Shown piece after piece: positions 58,101 through 64,000 of a stretch of 64,000 nucleotides of DNA. The stretch spans positions 668 to 64,667 of the forward strand of contig CAKVHC010000005.1 in NCBI GenBank assembly GCA_934747805.1, read 5' to 3'. The notes under the pieces were generated by a model. It did not search any database. It worked only from the letters and a program-made list of their open reading frames with translations, and was not told where the DNA came from. The stretch's first letter is position 1; every line of letters starts with the position of its first letter. The DNA is from an uncultured Clostridia bacterium (GTDB lineage: Bacteria > Bacillota > Clostridia > Christensenellales > UBA1242). The translations under genes were made by a program, and so were the position numbers.

Positions 58101-59711
58101 ACAGGTTCAAATACAACTATTGATCTAGGATTTGAGTTCAAGACGGCTGAAAAAGAAATATTATCACAACCAGATACTCCAGCAATTGTTGCGGTGGATA
58201 CAATCTCTGGTGGAAGTTATATTGGCGGCTTGTTGGGTTATGGTGAAAATATCAACATAAAAAATGCCAAAGTCACATTCGGAAGCATAAATGGTAATCA
58301 ACATGTTGGTGGATTGGTCGGATCTGTGAAAGATGTAACTATCACCAACTGCTATCTCTTGGGGAACAACACGCAAACATCAACAGCAACAACAATCGGA
58401 GAATTAGGTGCTAGCTACGATGTTGGCGGTCTAGTAGGCAAAGCAAACCATATCGAGACAAATTACGTGTTAATCGATGGAATGGAAATTTGCGGAGTTG
58501 AATCCGTTGGCGGATTGATAGGTTCAACTAATTCATCGGGCAATTCACCTATAAATAAAATTTCCCAATATGTATATGTGATGAATTCTAAAGTATCTGG
58601 TTCAAATATGGTTGGCGGCATTATCGGCTCTTCATGTGAAACAAGCTTGTCTCGTGCAAAAGCAGGACTTAAATTATTGTCCGGAGAAAGCAATGTTGGT
58701 GGCGTCATTGGTAAGGCGGAATCAACAGAAATTGATAATCCAAGGTTCACAATTGAAGAACTTTCAGGCAGTGAGAATGTTGGCGGCCTAGTCGGCTATT
58801 ATATAGCATCTGCTGGTGTGTATAGTTACGGTAAGTTTAAGCTTGGCTTTGCGTCATTAGCTGGTGATGCTGGTTATCATATTGGTACATTTACATGTGG
58901 GAGGAATGATAATTACACAGCAGGCAATTCAATTGGTATTCTAGACGTAAGTGACGGTGGCTGCACAAGCTTAAAGCTTCAAGCACCAAAGATAGATGAT
59001 GGTGGAACGTCTATTGGTAAATATACAGTAGGTACTATCATAGATCAATTCTATGTTAAGACCACTGCATTCGATGGCACAACATTGAGTTCAACTTATG
59101 CAAACAAAACGACGATGACTATAGATACTATCAGTCAGGGAAAAACTTATCCTTATGGTCAAATAAAAGATACTAACAATTTAAGTAACACAGAGATTAT
59201 GCATGCGAATGATGCAGACGAAAGTATGCTATATTCAAAACTAGAAAGAGTATCACCTGTGAAACTAACTCTTACTTATGGCGTGACCATATCTCAGTCA
59301 GGCCCTAAGACTTGTGCTGTCAACGACTCCAACCGTCATTATTATACGATCTATACATACAAAGCAGCTGTAACATATGCCGGAGAATTTAATGACGAAC
59401 CTAAATCTAACGATATTAGTGGAACGTCAACGGGTGGTTCGTATGGCACTTGCAACCAGAATGAGAATGGAGAATGTACGGCTGAACCAGTGGATAAGTA
59501 TGCACGTGAATCCGTGACAATCAAAACTAACTATAAATATGAATATGTGCTAGATGAGGTACAGTATACTTTACAAAGTTTATTGCAGTCTTACTTGCCA
59601 GTATATGAAGAGGACGGCATCATATGGAATGCTCCTAGAGCGGAAGGCTCCACGGTTACTGTTATGAATAAAGTTACCGAAAAGATGATATTGGAATTAA
59701 ATATTAACTAG
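40110..59711 (+). CDS. giant (6533 aa) surface lipoprotein: N-terminal lipobox, Ig-like (Big_2-type) stalk regions and at least five GLUG-motif beta-solenoid modules; putative adhesin or surface fibre
   Basis: Uninterrupted 19.6-kb ORF. Signal and lipobox MKKFATLLAVILMAFGACFLTAC. Dozens of G-G-[LI]-[VIA]-G repeats (GGLVGYN, GGIIGQN, VGGLIGRF and others). Recurrent module caps of the type P-x-x-I-x-S-x-x-[QE]-[LF]...F-[ST]-G-x-[LI]-[DS]-G-N-G. A strong terminator follows. Confidence 0.85.
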   Translation: MKKFATLLAVILMAFGACFLTACTQPYSKIYLEVYDAQGTKLELDEDYRFVLNDNGENDFSLSVKVRGVKKEKVTVGFTKKSSTTAFSILEYQTVGDTATVKLRGDNRGVGYLYVRVLESDKVKEIAVPIKIVKEITNLEVKPDVYTAVTIGTSITLDNSMLAFTPYNTNETEVEFALSAQGAQRNYVTLVNNKLTVAGGYNIDDLGETIKITATSKYKQNLKAEFDVYVVESLNPSNIALSYFDYDNKTLVSGDGQNIVNVGNEITLVKGADAYKSVYIAISANSNYKFNEEVGLEVMAYLPNNQIVKVTRCNDLTDVEYPVYRVSSELFDGTTKINFKVYFSKFGNIAAVEKSVNVRVIDMPYALMLNGETEDVYDLDLYTSYDSSSKGLALNFNVLPNNVINEYNQIYLNVENVNIAEALVLRYVDDYGVLRTIQPSQTEYVLPRNKTVYVSLNPAVNYTDYIATGIKLNAWCYTTIDKFAGRDVTDRNKKNVLINLAIKQGISGIGVYKDGANNIVDAINENISLVANNVTSGGTNRTIYLDFTPTGSVDVNKNITIQSAKPSVVQFVLGGTTYSRITGNQLSSVVKNTSSSIEKTLYALTIKGFDKGETQIIVTTGNGVTKYINITTVAGTNSLSLNEASTRNIAYSLTETGSFYRGYTDIIVPAGSAINLKVNGTTANADIAILNARVIGGENGLSQNEVVSLYDTGSQITLTGLIEGVNRVQFNVQYFDMNGNSQTWFISFYVYVYIPVRAFELSTHSASLMYNVGYFEKEQYSQLTLGVRYNAEGATETIELLSTYAKESFKNEADNNKLIHYDSATGKILLRVYTITRTLNESIFMGSLESTARMDKNNLNIQLKLNELQDMPTNTNVTVNLQQFDNVVSSQRCNITIRKAVKAENIVVNNISKKSGAYVINFDLRNGRCGLTKTDIEKYLLNPDNNFKQILASITNANDVTFNQIDYKIVKYLNDYGDMVDGDDSTISIVQSNGEFTLIPHKGGEVILHIFPHDRWISATEYDRNGPVIEIDIKVSDGDKVPYQIGSVSQLLAIGENEETMSYKYELVSDINLTYKGATAVLPIGKTKNGILAFTGSLSGAYKINKDDGSVLSVQYYLRNPVFTLENSGTESFAGLFAQNDGILRNIYIDNARFAVYGAENQAITLNDVTFTNYYLAGLVGKNNGQIIDCYVGLARNGVENSEIKFDVTVNKEFNIYAGGLVAYNMGSITANSIMSSGELNLSVTKSITQSNQTSVYLGGIIGQNKGIIDGNYQSDYQRYAREFNPKLADFNNGKYYVLVDGEYTKAKTNTSVYDPKATYYRLSAGVLESNKRVLSEHISTDIVLNASIATDYSYIGGIAGYNNGIIGNVSFNGVIDCISNGKTLVGRVGETVTSFVGGLVGYNKGNAENEQDIYNSIAIACQILTADENVNNKTEKRDGDDIGLYMGAGAVGGAVGGSENSKLYLVGTQFMTTIDDENYTSITANQVVGGLIGISNADEISYCYVESFFKQYAAGDLAKSVNTMNDIALYENADVSLTSLASGFIASANDSKIDRSFAKLNVAFIPSDTSVTNSDIHLAGLLSAGSAQITNSYFKGNLINADSDAGLLASAYASANVASVYAKGYINAPSFDADNLQDSYAFLVVEKDGTLIENATSYMFGDDFSDSITSNNANNNYIWFYDPNGSEYNDGDPVQWCNGVKFATLIPTAIRIEINADEDGAIYKSQANINDDSKNLLAGYKYDDSTMILFYRSFVAGNEYANYMRLNDLISAIITPDQAKADIEYKIVDGNIARINKVNGYSCVTLSTTGKFTLRVYAIYNSALYQDITVYVTNGVSEYDLYNTTDTSASQNKLADGRVLSLATDSSTIFSSKVRFTDGNVTNNIYNTNTALYLDFDVNADEEIFTINEQSPNNNFKADKNLAIKTVSSDSEILKDRQDKITAVKVTPYIDLHELFADNFAAGERIKLLPLVREFNFRVCKRASAINTNNVLAIASESSRYASLNIELVTDYTSSVLPTIDTLTNGEQLNETDALRLSISADEDSQAFVDKIMSTYGEKNVTDLFDISCEILPSANGIMYNDLRIQLKEDYRELDNELHFNLHFWADSNADVTSDVGLTITPSSITKIVMNHFAETSASQTVGGSTKQTVQSNSATNMIVPGKSGIMMISVNPIYANVDYFTIESSQNIGYSISFEQMVKVEGKDEYITLFPRPSAPNLAKYSTIDADGNLSYDGNLYVRTILPTIVARELNFEVTVNAYLNTSPTSLKRATKTLLTAYVPEINLTVDQDDAVSVYLMEPLYTEDGTNNVLDASEMDLYIRYTTERDDAKYIYNEKVKVDENGEITYRNETAYYVPLQEGQDVNREMLYVRREYFLVENNTSNIRINMEVVGYEFGSPSYDAKWLDTPDEDGQVIAQAPTLVRTQRGVYAGSSRLTIMGNESNVGKRLKLTAKIEVLRNGIRKDAEKELRFIIVENIIRPRNVTIGNLTDDNTLSFAMGSSQSLDIVWKTDTGILNKEKQEKINRTLYDCIGGVGTDFNAERLANLFYIRRNTVYGITNDPLKLGTDSSSLFRIKENYTNREFTGLTIIGTSQTNGTVLGFKVYYYYDENLELKFTTDYEAFKNKYVLTEINFEFNLLIYYTSTEQEPIPIYTASQFKSYLSATVSDTNTSNTNYILMADIALEDYEPFNANFSSLDGNGKVIKIYNFTPSAPTSESTARVGLFKTVSANTIIKNVTLDVSMLKDINLVAYSGYEVGLLAVSNAGIITNCDVVALRLNSSNTTSSLKTINILAQQSTTTAHFGGLVVNNTGNITNSRIGVPSFVSYIINSTDTKTETDTQTYISNDILITGVGDMGGFVYSNSGIISSSYVRGLNFTNNSTELDTSKTAGFVVNNTGRIYFSYVRGSGDATVGRPRMTSTSITSNGDVAGFVSKNSGYIGDCYANIKVFSVSKFTAGFVGSNSSSIERCYSACDIESNAPRQTPFTGTNILHELQDSSNGGIVDCYYLILSGESFPIEDDSAHDMSISSFQMANTLNNFNFVNSTNVDEAKAGIWIYNFEDENAKVKESYVLPDLTSPNEIAKSLRYLNTELTDEQGNVVGYSYLYNKGYELGSQINPYIIRYASEFNKVFADALTADDSTQIVQSLANVRFVSDIDFKDVGNEVKTRERVVFSGQIDGNGMQINGINITTNTTNKALNSLGLFSKVIKANTIDARTPIIKNITLNYTKLSGTSTAYVGGLAGIIRDSYVINVNLTGGIVVQAYNYAGGLAGMITGKSLIMNVNSNLSVSVGNHNEIVDQYGHYVPYTYFSFEDYSRINRNSTQESYENYLTTLSYAGGLAGVIDLKLEEVETPADLTRPNVNLVKINAIANKTGITSVGSNVSVFADVVGGVAGYAGVNTYINSTKFYLNTASNNNSILQGYYSVGGLIGENLGKLAVSELVCDNDSQLTIDKANGAYIRGETNTISGNYLGARGSYFAGGLIGINYQGAVEHCQTHLSLYDCDAQFVGGIVGGTLGGAFNTMYTASAMPVLTKENTYSGGFAGITFNAFNKNKLPVEMANSIWQQYINNYINAQPNSLVGKISVVLNRVVCAQYYDHAKLTELNANEHNGSFIGYSALTQKQTETDSVFSYRGSQLDTLYASSNKPTNCFVDGTYYYDENNSVAFNEIAHFDQEDDMFDTKMLDLKTMSIETLTNREEGHEADQRAEFQKVFSEWSLNYWTALDETTIYPRLLQIGFGSVIEIDSASDLKYIDQNPSGSFVITRDINMNGVDLEDCVIRQTFTGRLIGYKEDGSAPTIYNMSMKATSNDPSCLAFFHEIKNATISNINFRYKSFNADQKGGNVAGVVAVDLGGSTLSEITVGFNGNFSNSTTLKEYDMTQTLTAMNAGNVGGLVAESNGTNIVNCEVRMNISSGADNTGGLVGSAHTASNWITADGYAPITTVVSSVYFGNIDCTTDKAENTKAIGGLVGKLTNGAINNSRTYLLKENNEIDKEKVANITFNQCYTGCNELYVGGLVGQAVADISQNKESIGFTNCEVLTNITALTNAQQGQNIYIGYVVGHATSASFTTITVHKDCKLNASNGLTLNDLYYGGISGYGFDVTISESTILSEITLSRIKALTIHMGGAFGHIMNNASKISGVLVSNTISTKDLVGKDAKIYVGGIVGETTVETKTDGVIAVRTSAHFGKINIGNSETGTYYVGGIIGFTNGVQIEACQTGADMIIGNIKDYEIAGIVGYISASDAKPVTITRCIMLSYFKLSNQLVRSNNYSVESGVDPICMGNVGDSSTGNIYSADYSFIVARQNYIKNKNDTTGFLTNMRADQLLGKLTNNGVVLSYAVNAALSTDKTSLSTDDAYVLNRADRNSVGGQSNVYAMGALPNNKSTSYVMPYLITLGERMSANELFKHGSVMRPKVLTETDNIFTEESQIFVVWDNFTFNATPDKLNSRIVGCGVTFELGSNFVQTIGASGAISGVTFSAKANVNGVRVSNNGGVIANTNQGVIFDCHMIDEITIDSSTMTSGTDKFGCVVGVNNGTIFGFGNGAKFTLGNGAKQFVSGIAVTNNGRIEGCYVTADLTEVALNNPNTAGLVHTNLGVIYNTYFAGALSGGGTLDDALVLNQNIRTGGETCLATMDVFTHNDENGKQVGQEKNVYVDYYANCKTGELSTTTTTRALFENGGDATQLLVGNIWATQRYIGNEATKGHYGNLQNVGNTIIVNLNYGYPIINIGTRIYNYKDVDPDSSGWIKDEDSQYKYIGRESGDGSNKNPIEIINLGVMDYTRSLYSNTNVKEYKLTRNIVIANNSTYSLSNYWSKNADDNDSSYYGATTTFKQIFNGNEKIIFNLYGGALFNTLEEKTENNTQVGGIISDVNLFNSYSGDSGKTVSGGLVGKLTSGTVQKVNVYGVINASAAIANTMSGGTITECKILADQISGNESTGGVVHTISGGRITKCQVSGADNQIEPKIIGVKVGAAGLAYSATGSAVLQDNTVSGVTIQAVSGFTAGAIAKCDAKTVAEATDTDKYVLYNNKISATVAGGGHVAGLVGQLSGGNIDSNHATDDNAKIALQGTAATSILGGLIGQSNRTVNGTAKVTNNKVTLGIATGDNGNNADSKNKRFGGLLGEDLKEITFEGNTISGKFEMNKNETSNESISGGLTSIPVASKFKDNTISLTITDFSANQSSAMGGYFGKVGSDYSLSDSATQTTDNTPVVFDGDGNTSNVPNYTNTNLLTAKAQFQGVFNVGLQVGYMTAWNRAALDSTSSNVNKSTIAIGFKNVGGMVGKIEKHTETISNLESKGIIKSMSKMINGESAPSNFGGLFGAINDKSKVTLSNLTNGCNIETLGTEIDSHANLVGGIVGKLGAVPKYYSAKKSTVNSEVKFGGESGYDTQEYTIENCASTAKIQGKYYVGGIVGSLATQGAELSLNSLESSGEVKGYGVVGGILGLTYTPGDKDTTLKIAKLTNQAKLDIVNVNDGGDYFGGITGTIFSTNRILYTSVKTGEDGNETKVCDFDGLTNSGKIIGGNYTGGLFGKIVSTSGSIKGFVGVAAGGNVTGKDYVGGIMGEYTIDPNLPNGTVFTISDITSGGTRKGQNYVGGLFGRLDLTGYEYNENGELQEVGLYTKNIYARISNITNNAIIEKTAKGDEYIGGIIGELDAHNAIVDITPLNDGEKSLINTRAVSGGGYTGGIFGNVKLNNEITVNKQDAAGNVVEENFHSTITDLHNTGTITGTADYVGGVIGYLNYTDSKAVGYTVYNLVNGGVVNASDASNVGGIFGSVKNYNIYGISEESIDKQYTKQIFKNTASVKGRSNVGGIIGYTANDVSNLNGKLLPGSYGYNVLYEVDNVGNLVVNSTGEKAGIGANISNTGSVTGKNGGNNVGGFIGCVTSDPNGKVQTSGKIDYLFATSELEVHGGTNVGGVIGYYNCPNDSYLTFTSRSNMVEGGSNVGGLIGRFKLTTSNAPKFINKLTYVGNGTISGEKSGEYVGGLVGYIETTGSNTTIDLGFEFKTAEKEILSQPDTPAIVAVDTISGGSYIGGLLGYGENINIKNAKVTFGSINGNQHVGGLVGSVKDVTITNCYLLGNNTQTSTATTIGELGASYDVGGLVGKANHIETNYVLIDGMEICGVESVGGLIGSTNSSGNSPINKISQYVYVMNSKVSGSNMVGGIIGSSCETSLSRAKAGLKLLSGESNVGGVIGKAESTEIDNPRFTIEELSGSENVGGLVGYYIASAGVYSYGKFKLGFASLAGDAGYHIGTFTCGRNDNYTAGNSIGILDVSDGGCTSLKLQAPKIDDGGTSIGKYTVGTIIDQFYVKTTAFDGTTLSSTYANKTTMTIDTISQGKTYPYGQIKDTNNLSNTEIMHANDADESMLYSKLERVSPVKLTLTYGVTISQSGPKTCAVNDSNRHYYTIYTYKAAVTYAGEFNDEPKSNDISGTSTGGSYGTCNQNENGECTAEPVDKYARESVTIKTNYKYEYVLDEVQYTLQSLLQSYLPVYEEDGIIWNAPRAEGSTVTVMNKVTEKMILELNIN

Positions 59712-59771
59712 TGAAACACTTTTAATTTAGGTTCTAATAACATTAGACTTCTATAAAATATCTTAACACAC

Positions 59772-59801
59772 AAAAAACGGAGATTGCTCTCCGTTTTTTT
59801 T
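59772..59801 (+). terminator. rho-independent terminator of the giant gene
   Basis: AAAAAACGGAGA-TTGC-TCTCCGTTTTTTTT. Confidence 0.75.
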
Positions 59802-60004
59802 GATTGGCATTGGTGAGGCGACTTAGTGCTAGAGTGGGCAAATAGGACTCTAATTCGCTTTTAGTTTTGCATTACATAATTAATGAGATAAAAATATTTA
59901 TTTGCGAATTATTCTATTATTTGTATTTAATTTATTGAATAAATTGTGGTAATTTAATTTGTATCAATTTAGCTAATGAAGATTTCAATTTATAATTAAT
60001 CAAA

Positions 60005-60033
60005 TAAAAAACGACCTTTTTAGGCCGTTTTTT
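60005..60033. terminator. bidirectional hairpin, probable terminator of the three-paralog operon
   Basis: AAAAAACGACCT-TTTT-AGGCCGTTTTTT (one mismatch in the stem), ~150 nt downstream of the 60182 stop on the minus strand. Confidence 0.45.
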
Positions 60034-60181
60034 AATGTAAATTATTCAACTTTTTTAAATATTTTTAAATAATATTAAGATTTCAAAAAATAATTTATAA
60101 TTAATATTTATAATTAATCTTGTAATTTATTTTTAATTATATTTTTTTGAATTTTAATTAAATAGATACATTTAATCTAAA

Positions 60182-60682
60182 TTATCTACTAGCAATTTCT
60201 TCACTGGTTCGTGGACGGACTACAACGTTTTGGAATCTAACGGTGATGAAATCGAGATTGTTAAATGGGAATGCTTTTAGTGAACTTGCCAACTTTTCGG
60301 TTTTAGTCAATTCGTTGGTTTCGTCTTTTGATTTAAGTTTTGCATTTTTGATGAATGTGTTAATCAAACGCATGAAGTGAATCTTGTAATCGTTTGAGTA
60401 AATGCGTTGGTTCTCTTGTTTGCTCAGCTCTTCTTGAAAATCTGGAATTACTACACTAACAAGGTCACAAGCATCAGAATAAAGCAACTCGGATGTATAA
60501 GTTTCAGGGTCTGCAACGTATGAGGCGGTCTTGCTAACCAAGATTCTGTTGCCACTGACTGGCTCATTGCACACGATGTCAACTGAGCCCAAATATTTCT
60601 TTTCCTTGCCGTTATACATTGCATCGCTAACAAACCTGTGATGCTTTGCCATGGAGCCTCTATCTTTTCTGTCTTTATACAT
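60182..60682 (-). CDS. hypothetical protein, member 3 of a three-paralog operon (166 aa)
   Basis: AAGGAG lies 8 nt before the ATG. Basic N-terminus, then a shared beta-alpha pattern with the two upstream genes. No known motif recognised. Confidence 0.6.
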   Translation of the reverse strand: MYKDRKDRGSMAKHHRFVSDAMYNGKEKKYLGSVDIVCNEPVSGNRILVSKTASYVADPETYTSELLYSDACDLVSVVIPDFQEELSKQENQRIYSNDYKIHFMRLINTFIKNAKLKSKDETNELTKTEKLASSLKAFPFNNLDFITVRFQNVVVRPRTSEEIASR

Positions 60683-60693
60683 ATTTTTTCTCC

Positions 60694-61173
60694 TTATAAA
60701 GTGCTTGCAGATGAAACGAAACTGTCGAATTCCACTTTAGTGCCTACCTTGTAAACAGGTTTATAGTTGGCAGACAAACTCTTGATTGACACCCGCTCCA
60801 TAATCATTGGATTAATGCCCATAGCTTCGCAATGCTCACGAACAATTCTGTCAAAGTTGCGGTTGACATAAACTCGTTGGTCAGCGATATTGCCAGCACT
60901 TTGCACTTCGGAATTCAGTTGTGCCACACTGTTAACAAGCATTTCGCAAACATGGTTAAAGTCAACGTTGGTAGGATAGTTGTCATTCTTCTTTACAAAA
61001 TAGTTTTTAAAATTGCCTCTTGCACAGCCTGAAAACTCTACACTCCCGAAATACACTTGATATTTAGTGCCACGGCTGTTGGCAGCCACCTGTCTAACTT
61101 CACGTTTTTTTGCTTTTGAAATTCCGTGTTCATTTGTCCAATTTCCATTTGCTATATTATTTACTCCTTTCAT
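60694..61173 (-). CDS. hypothetical protein, member 2 of a three-paralog operon (159 aa)
   Basis: Shares KNYFVKKNDNYPTNVDFNHVCEMLVNSV with KHYFVCRNSNCPEDFDYKRFVEILIRAV of the upstream gene. Its start overlaps the upstream gene by 17 nt. Confidence 0.6.
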   Translation of the reverse strand: MKGVNNIANGNWTNEHGISKAKKREVRQVAANSRGTKYQVYFGSVEFSGCARGNFKNYFVKKNDNYPTNVDFNHVCEMLVNSVAQLNSEVQSAGNIADQRVYVNRNFDRIVREHCEAMGINPMIMERVSIKSLSANYKPVYKVGTKVEFDSFVSSASTL

Positions 61174-61666
61174 ATTTTTCTAGGCTTTTAATGTCTTTTA
61201 CTCTGATTTGGTCTGGTTTGAATTCGGCTGGCATTAGCGATCCCGGTGCAAACCCTTCCGCCATTTGCATATTGCCATTAGCTGACGTAAGCGTAACTAG
61301 TTGCAATGATTTTGGATCCATGAGATATCTGCGAATGGTGTTTCTAATGATGGTTTCCGATTCAGTGTTCAAAAACTTTCGTAAATCATCGCCAGCGTAA
61401 CTCGATGACGCTTCTGCCACCTTCTTGACTGCACGAATCAAAATCTCAACAAAACGCTTGTAGTCAAAATCTTCCGGGCAGTTAGAGTTCCTGCATACAA
61501 AATAGTGTTTGTATTTGGTAGGGCAATCTTTCAGTGGCACCGTGTATACATAGGTGTAACGGCGTTCTGAACAAGCCTCACGCATGGCAGCTCGATAACC
61601 TTCAGCCCGTTTCTTGTAGCTAAACGAATTGTCAAGATTGTTACTTCGTTGTGGGTATTTTGACAT
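61157..61666 (-). CDS. hypothetical protein, member 1 of a three-paralog operon (169 aa)
   Basis: AGGGGG RBS, own promoter. Paralogous to 60694..61173. Confidence 0.6.
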   Translation of the reverse strand: MSKYPQRSNNLDNSFSYKKRAEGYRAAMREACSERRYTYVYTVPLKDCPTKYKHYFVCRNSNCPEDFDYKRFVEILIRAVKKVAEASSSYAGDDLRKFLNTESETIIRNTIRRYLMDPKSLQLVTLTSANGNMQMAEGFAPGSLMPAEFKPDQIRVKDIKSLEKYERSK

Positions 61667-61687
61667 ATCTCCCCCTAAATCTCATCC

Positions 61688-61716
61688 ATTCTAACACACA
61701 TGTGGCACGATTTCAA
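61688..61716 (-). promoter_or_regulatory. candidate extended -10 promoter of the three-paralog operon
   Basis: On the minus strand: TTGAAA (61716-61711), 17-nt spacer ending in TGT, TAGAAT (61693-61688). About 20 nt separate it from ATG 61666. Confidence 0.5.
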
Positions 61717-62034
61717 CCCGTTTTGCGAAATTTGTCAACAAAATTTTCACTTTGTATTCTTATATAACTATATATATAGACATATTTTCATTAATAAAGG
61801 GCAAAAATCTCAATGCTATGAGCACGCTAGGTTTGTAATATTTTGCGTAGAACATTTAAAAAATATTTTGTTCCAAAACAACATTTTTGGGGCATAAGTC
61901 ACTCTTTTTAAAAGTTTTTGCAAAAGATTTTAAGACCTTTTTGAGCCTAAAACAGCTATTTATGCGGGTTTTGGCTGGTTTTGACGAAATTTTAAAAAAT
62001 TTTTCAAAAAAATAAAAAAATTTTCAAAAAAGTG

Positions 62035-62063
62035 TTGACAAAGGTTTTTTAATGTGTTATATT
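62035..62063 (+). promoter_or_regulatory. rRNA (23S) promoter with an upstream A/T-tract UP-like element
   Basis: TTGACA (62035-62040), 17-nt spacer, TATATT (62058-62063). Preceded by ...TTTTCAAAAAAATAAAAAAATTTTCAAAAAAGTG. Confidence 0.6.
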
Positions 62064-62278
62064 CGTAAAGCATTCACCAATGAGGCAACAGCCAAACGGA
62101 GAATGCGAGTACAATGACAACTGCATATTAGTAAAAGGTAAAGACGAAAATATTTTACAAATATACGACACGAAGTAAATTTTTATTATCGTGAGTAATA
62201 AGCATTAATTATACAACAATATAATTAAGCCGTGTAAAATTGCGAATTTTTAGCTAAGTATAACAAAGATAATTTTAG

Positions 62279-64000
<1,722 letters not shown>

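Noticed and set aside
59802-59870. The GC-richer patch after the giant-gene terminator (GATTGGCATTGGTGAGGCGACTTAGTGCTAGAGTGGGCAAATAGGACTCTAATTCGC) was considered as a tRNA or tRNA fragment (att-site remnant).
   Set aside because: It has no cloverleaf pairing, no T-loop GTTCRANYC element and no complementary acceptor stem. I could not fold it into any tRNA-like structure.
61700-62278. I searched for a 16S 3' end, spacer tRNA or 5S gene upstream of the 23S gene.
   Set aside because: No anti-SD-containing 16S tail, tRNA-like or 5S-like sequence is present. The region is a promoter plus leader.

Overview
AT-rich chromosomal segment, with intergenic spacers far more AT-rich than the genes. It most likely comes from a Bacillota (Firmicutes), Clostridia-like bacterium of the endospore-forming lineage: spoVT, spoIIID, a SpoVB/YabM/MurJ-type flippase and pth-mfd synteny are present. 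Taxonomy is inferred only from gene content. I count about 39 protein-coding genes plus the first ~1.7 kb of a 23S rRNA gene. I see no tRNA, CRISPR array, IS element, integrase or phage genes. Layout: (1) 1-11.3 kb is housekeeping: a Tex gene split by one in-frame TGA, mtnN, an N-acyl-amino-acid-lipid-type gene pair, an SDR-sufC-sufBD-radical SAM operon, and rimO. (2) 11.3-21.4 kb holds a DUF402-like gene bracketed by a 41-43 nt direct repeat, then a stripped-down type IV secretion core: VirD4, two pilin-like paralogs, a VirB6-like 950-aa membrane protein and a VirB3/VirB4 fusion. The window contains no relaxase, recombinase, hydrolase or VirB8-like gene. (3) 21.4-39.7 kb is core again: spoVT, dusB, murJ/spoVB-like, tadA, an M14 peptidase, two CPBP proteases, a protein with a degenerate diadenylate-cyclase-like domain, pth, mfd, a PrsA-like lipoprotein, a TasA-like protein, an M23 peptidase, acpP, spoIIID and ttcA-like. 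(4) 40.1-59.7 kb is one 19.6-kb ORF encoding a 6533-aa lipoprotein made of Ig-like stalks and at least five GLUG-type beta-solenoid modules. (5) 60.2-61.7 kb is a tight operon of three mutually paralogous small proteins that I cannot assign to any family. (6) From ~62.28 kb a 23S rRNA gene has its own near-consensus promoter and no 16S gene upstream. The most interesting candidates are the orphan minimal T4SS, the giant surface protein, the three-paralog operon, the unlinked 23S gene, the recoded or broken Tex gene and the degenerate DAC-like protein. All functional calls rest on motif recognition by eye; no database search was run.
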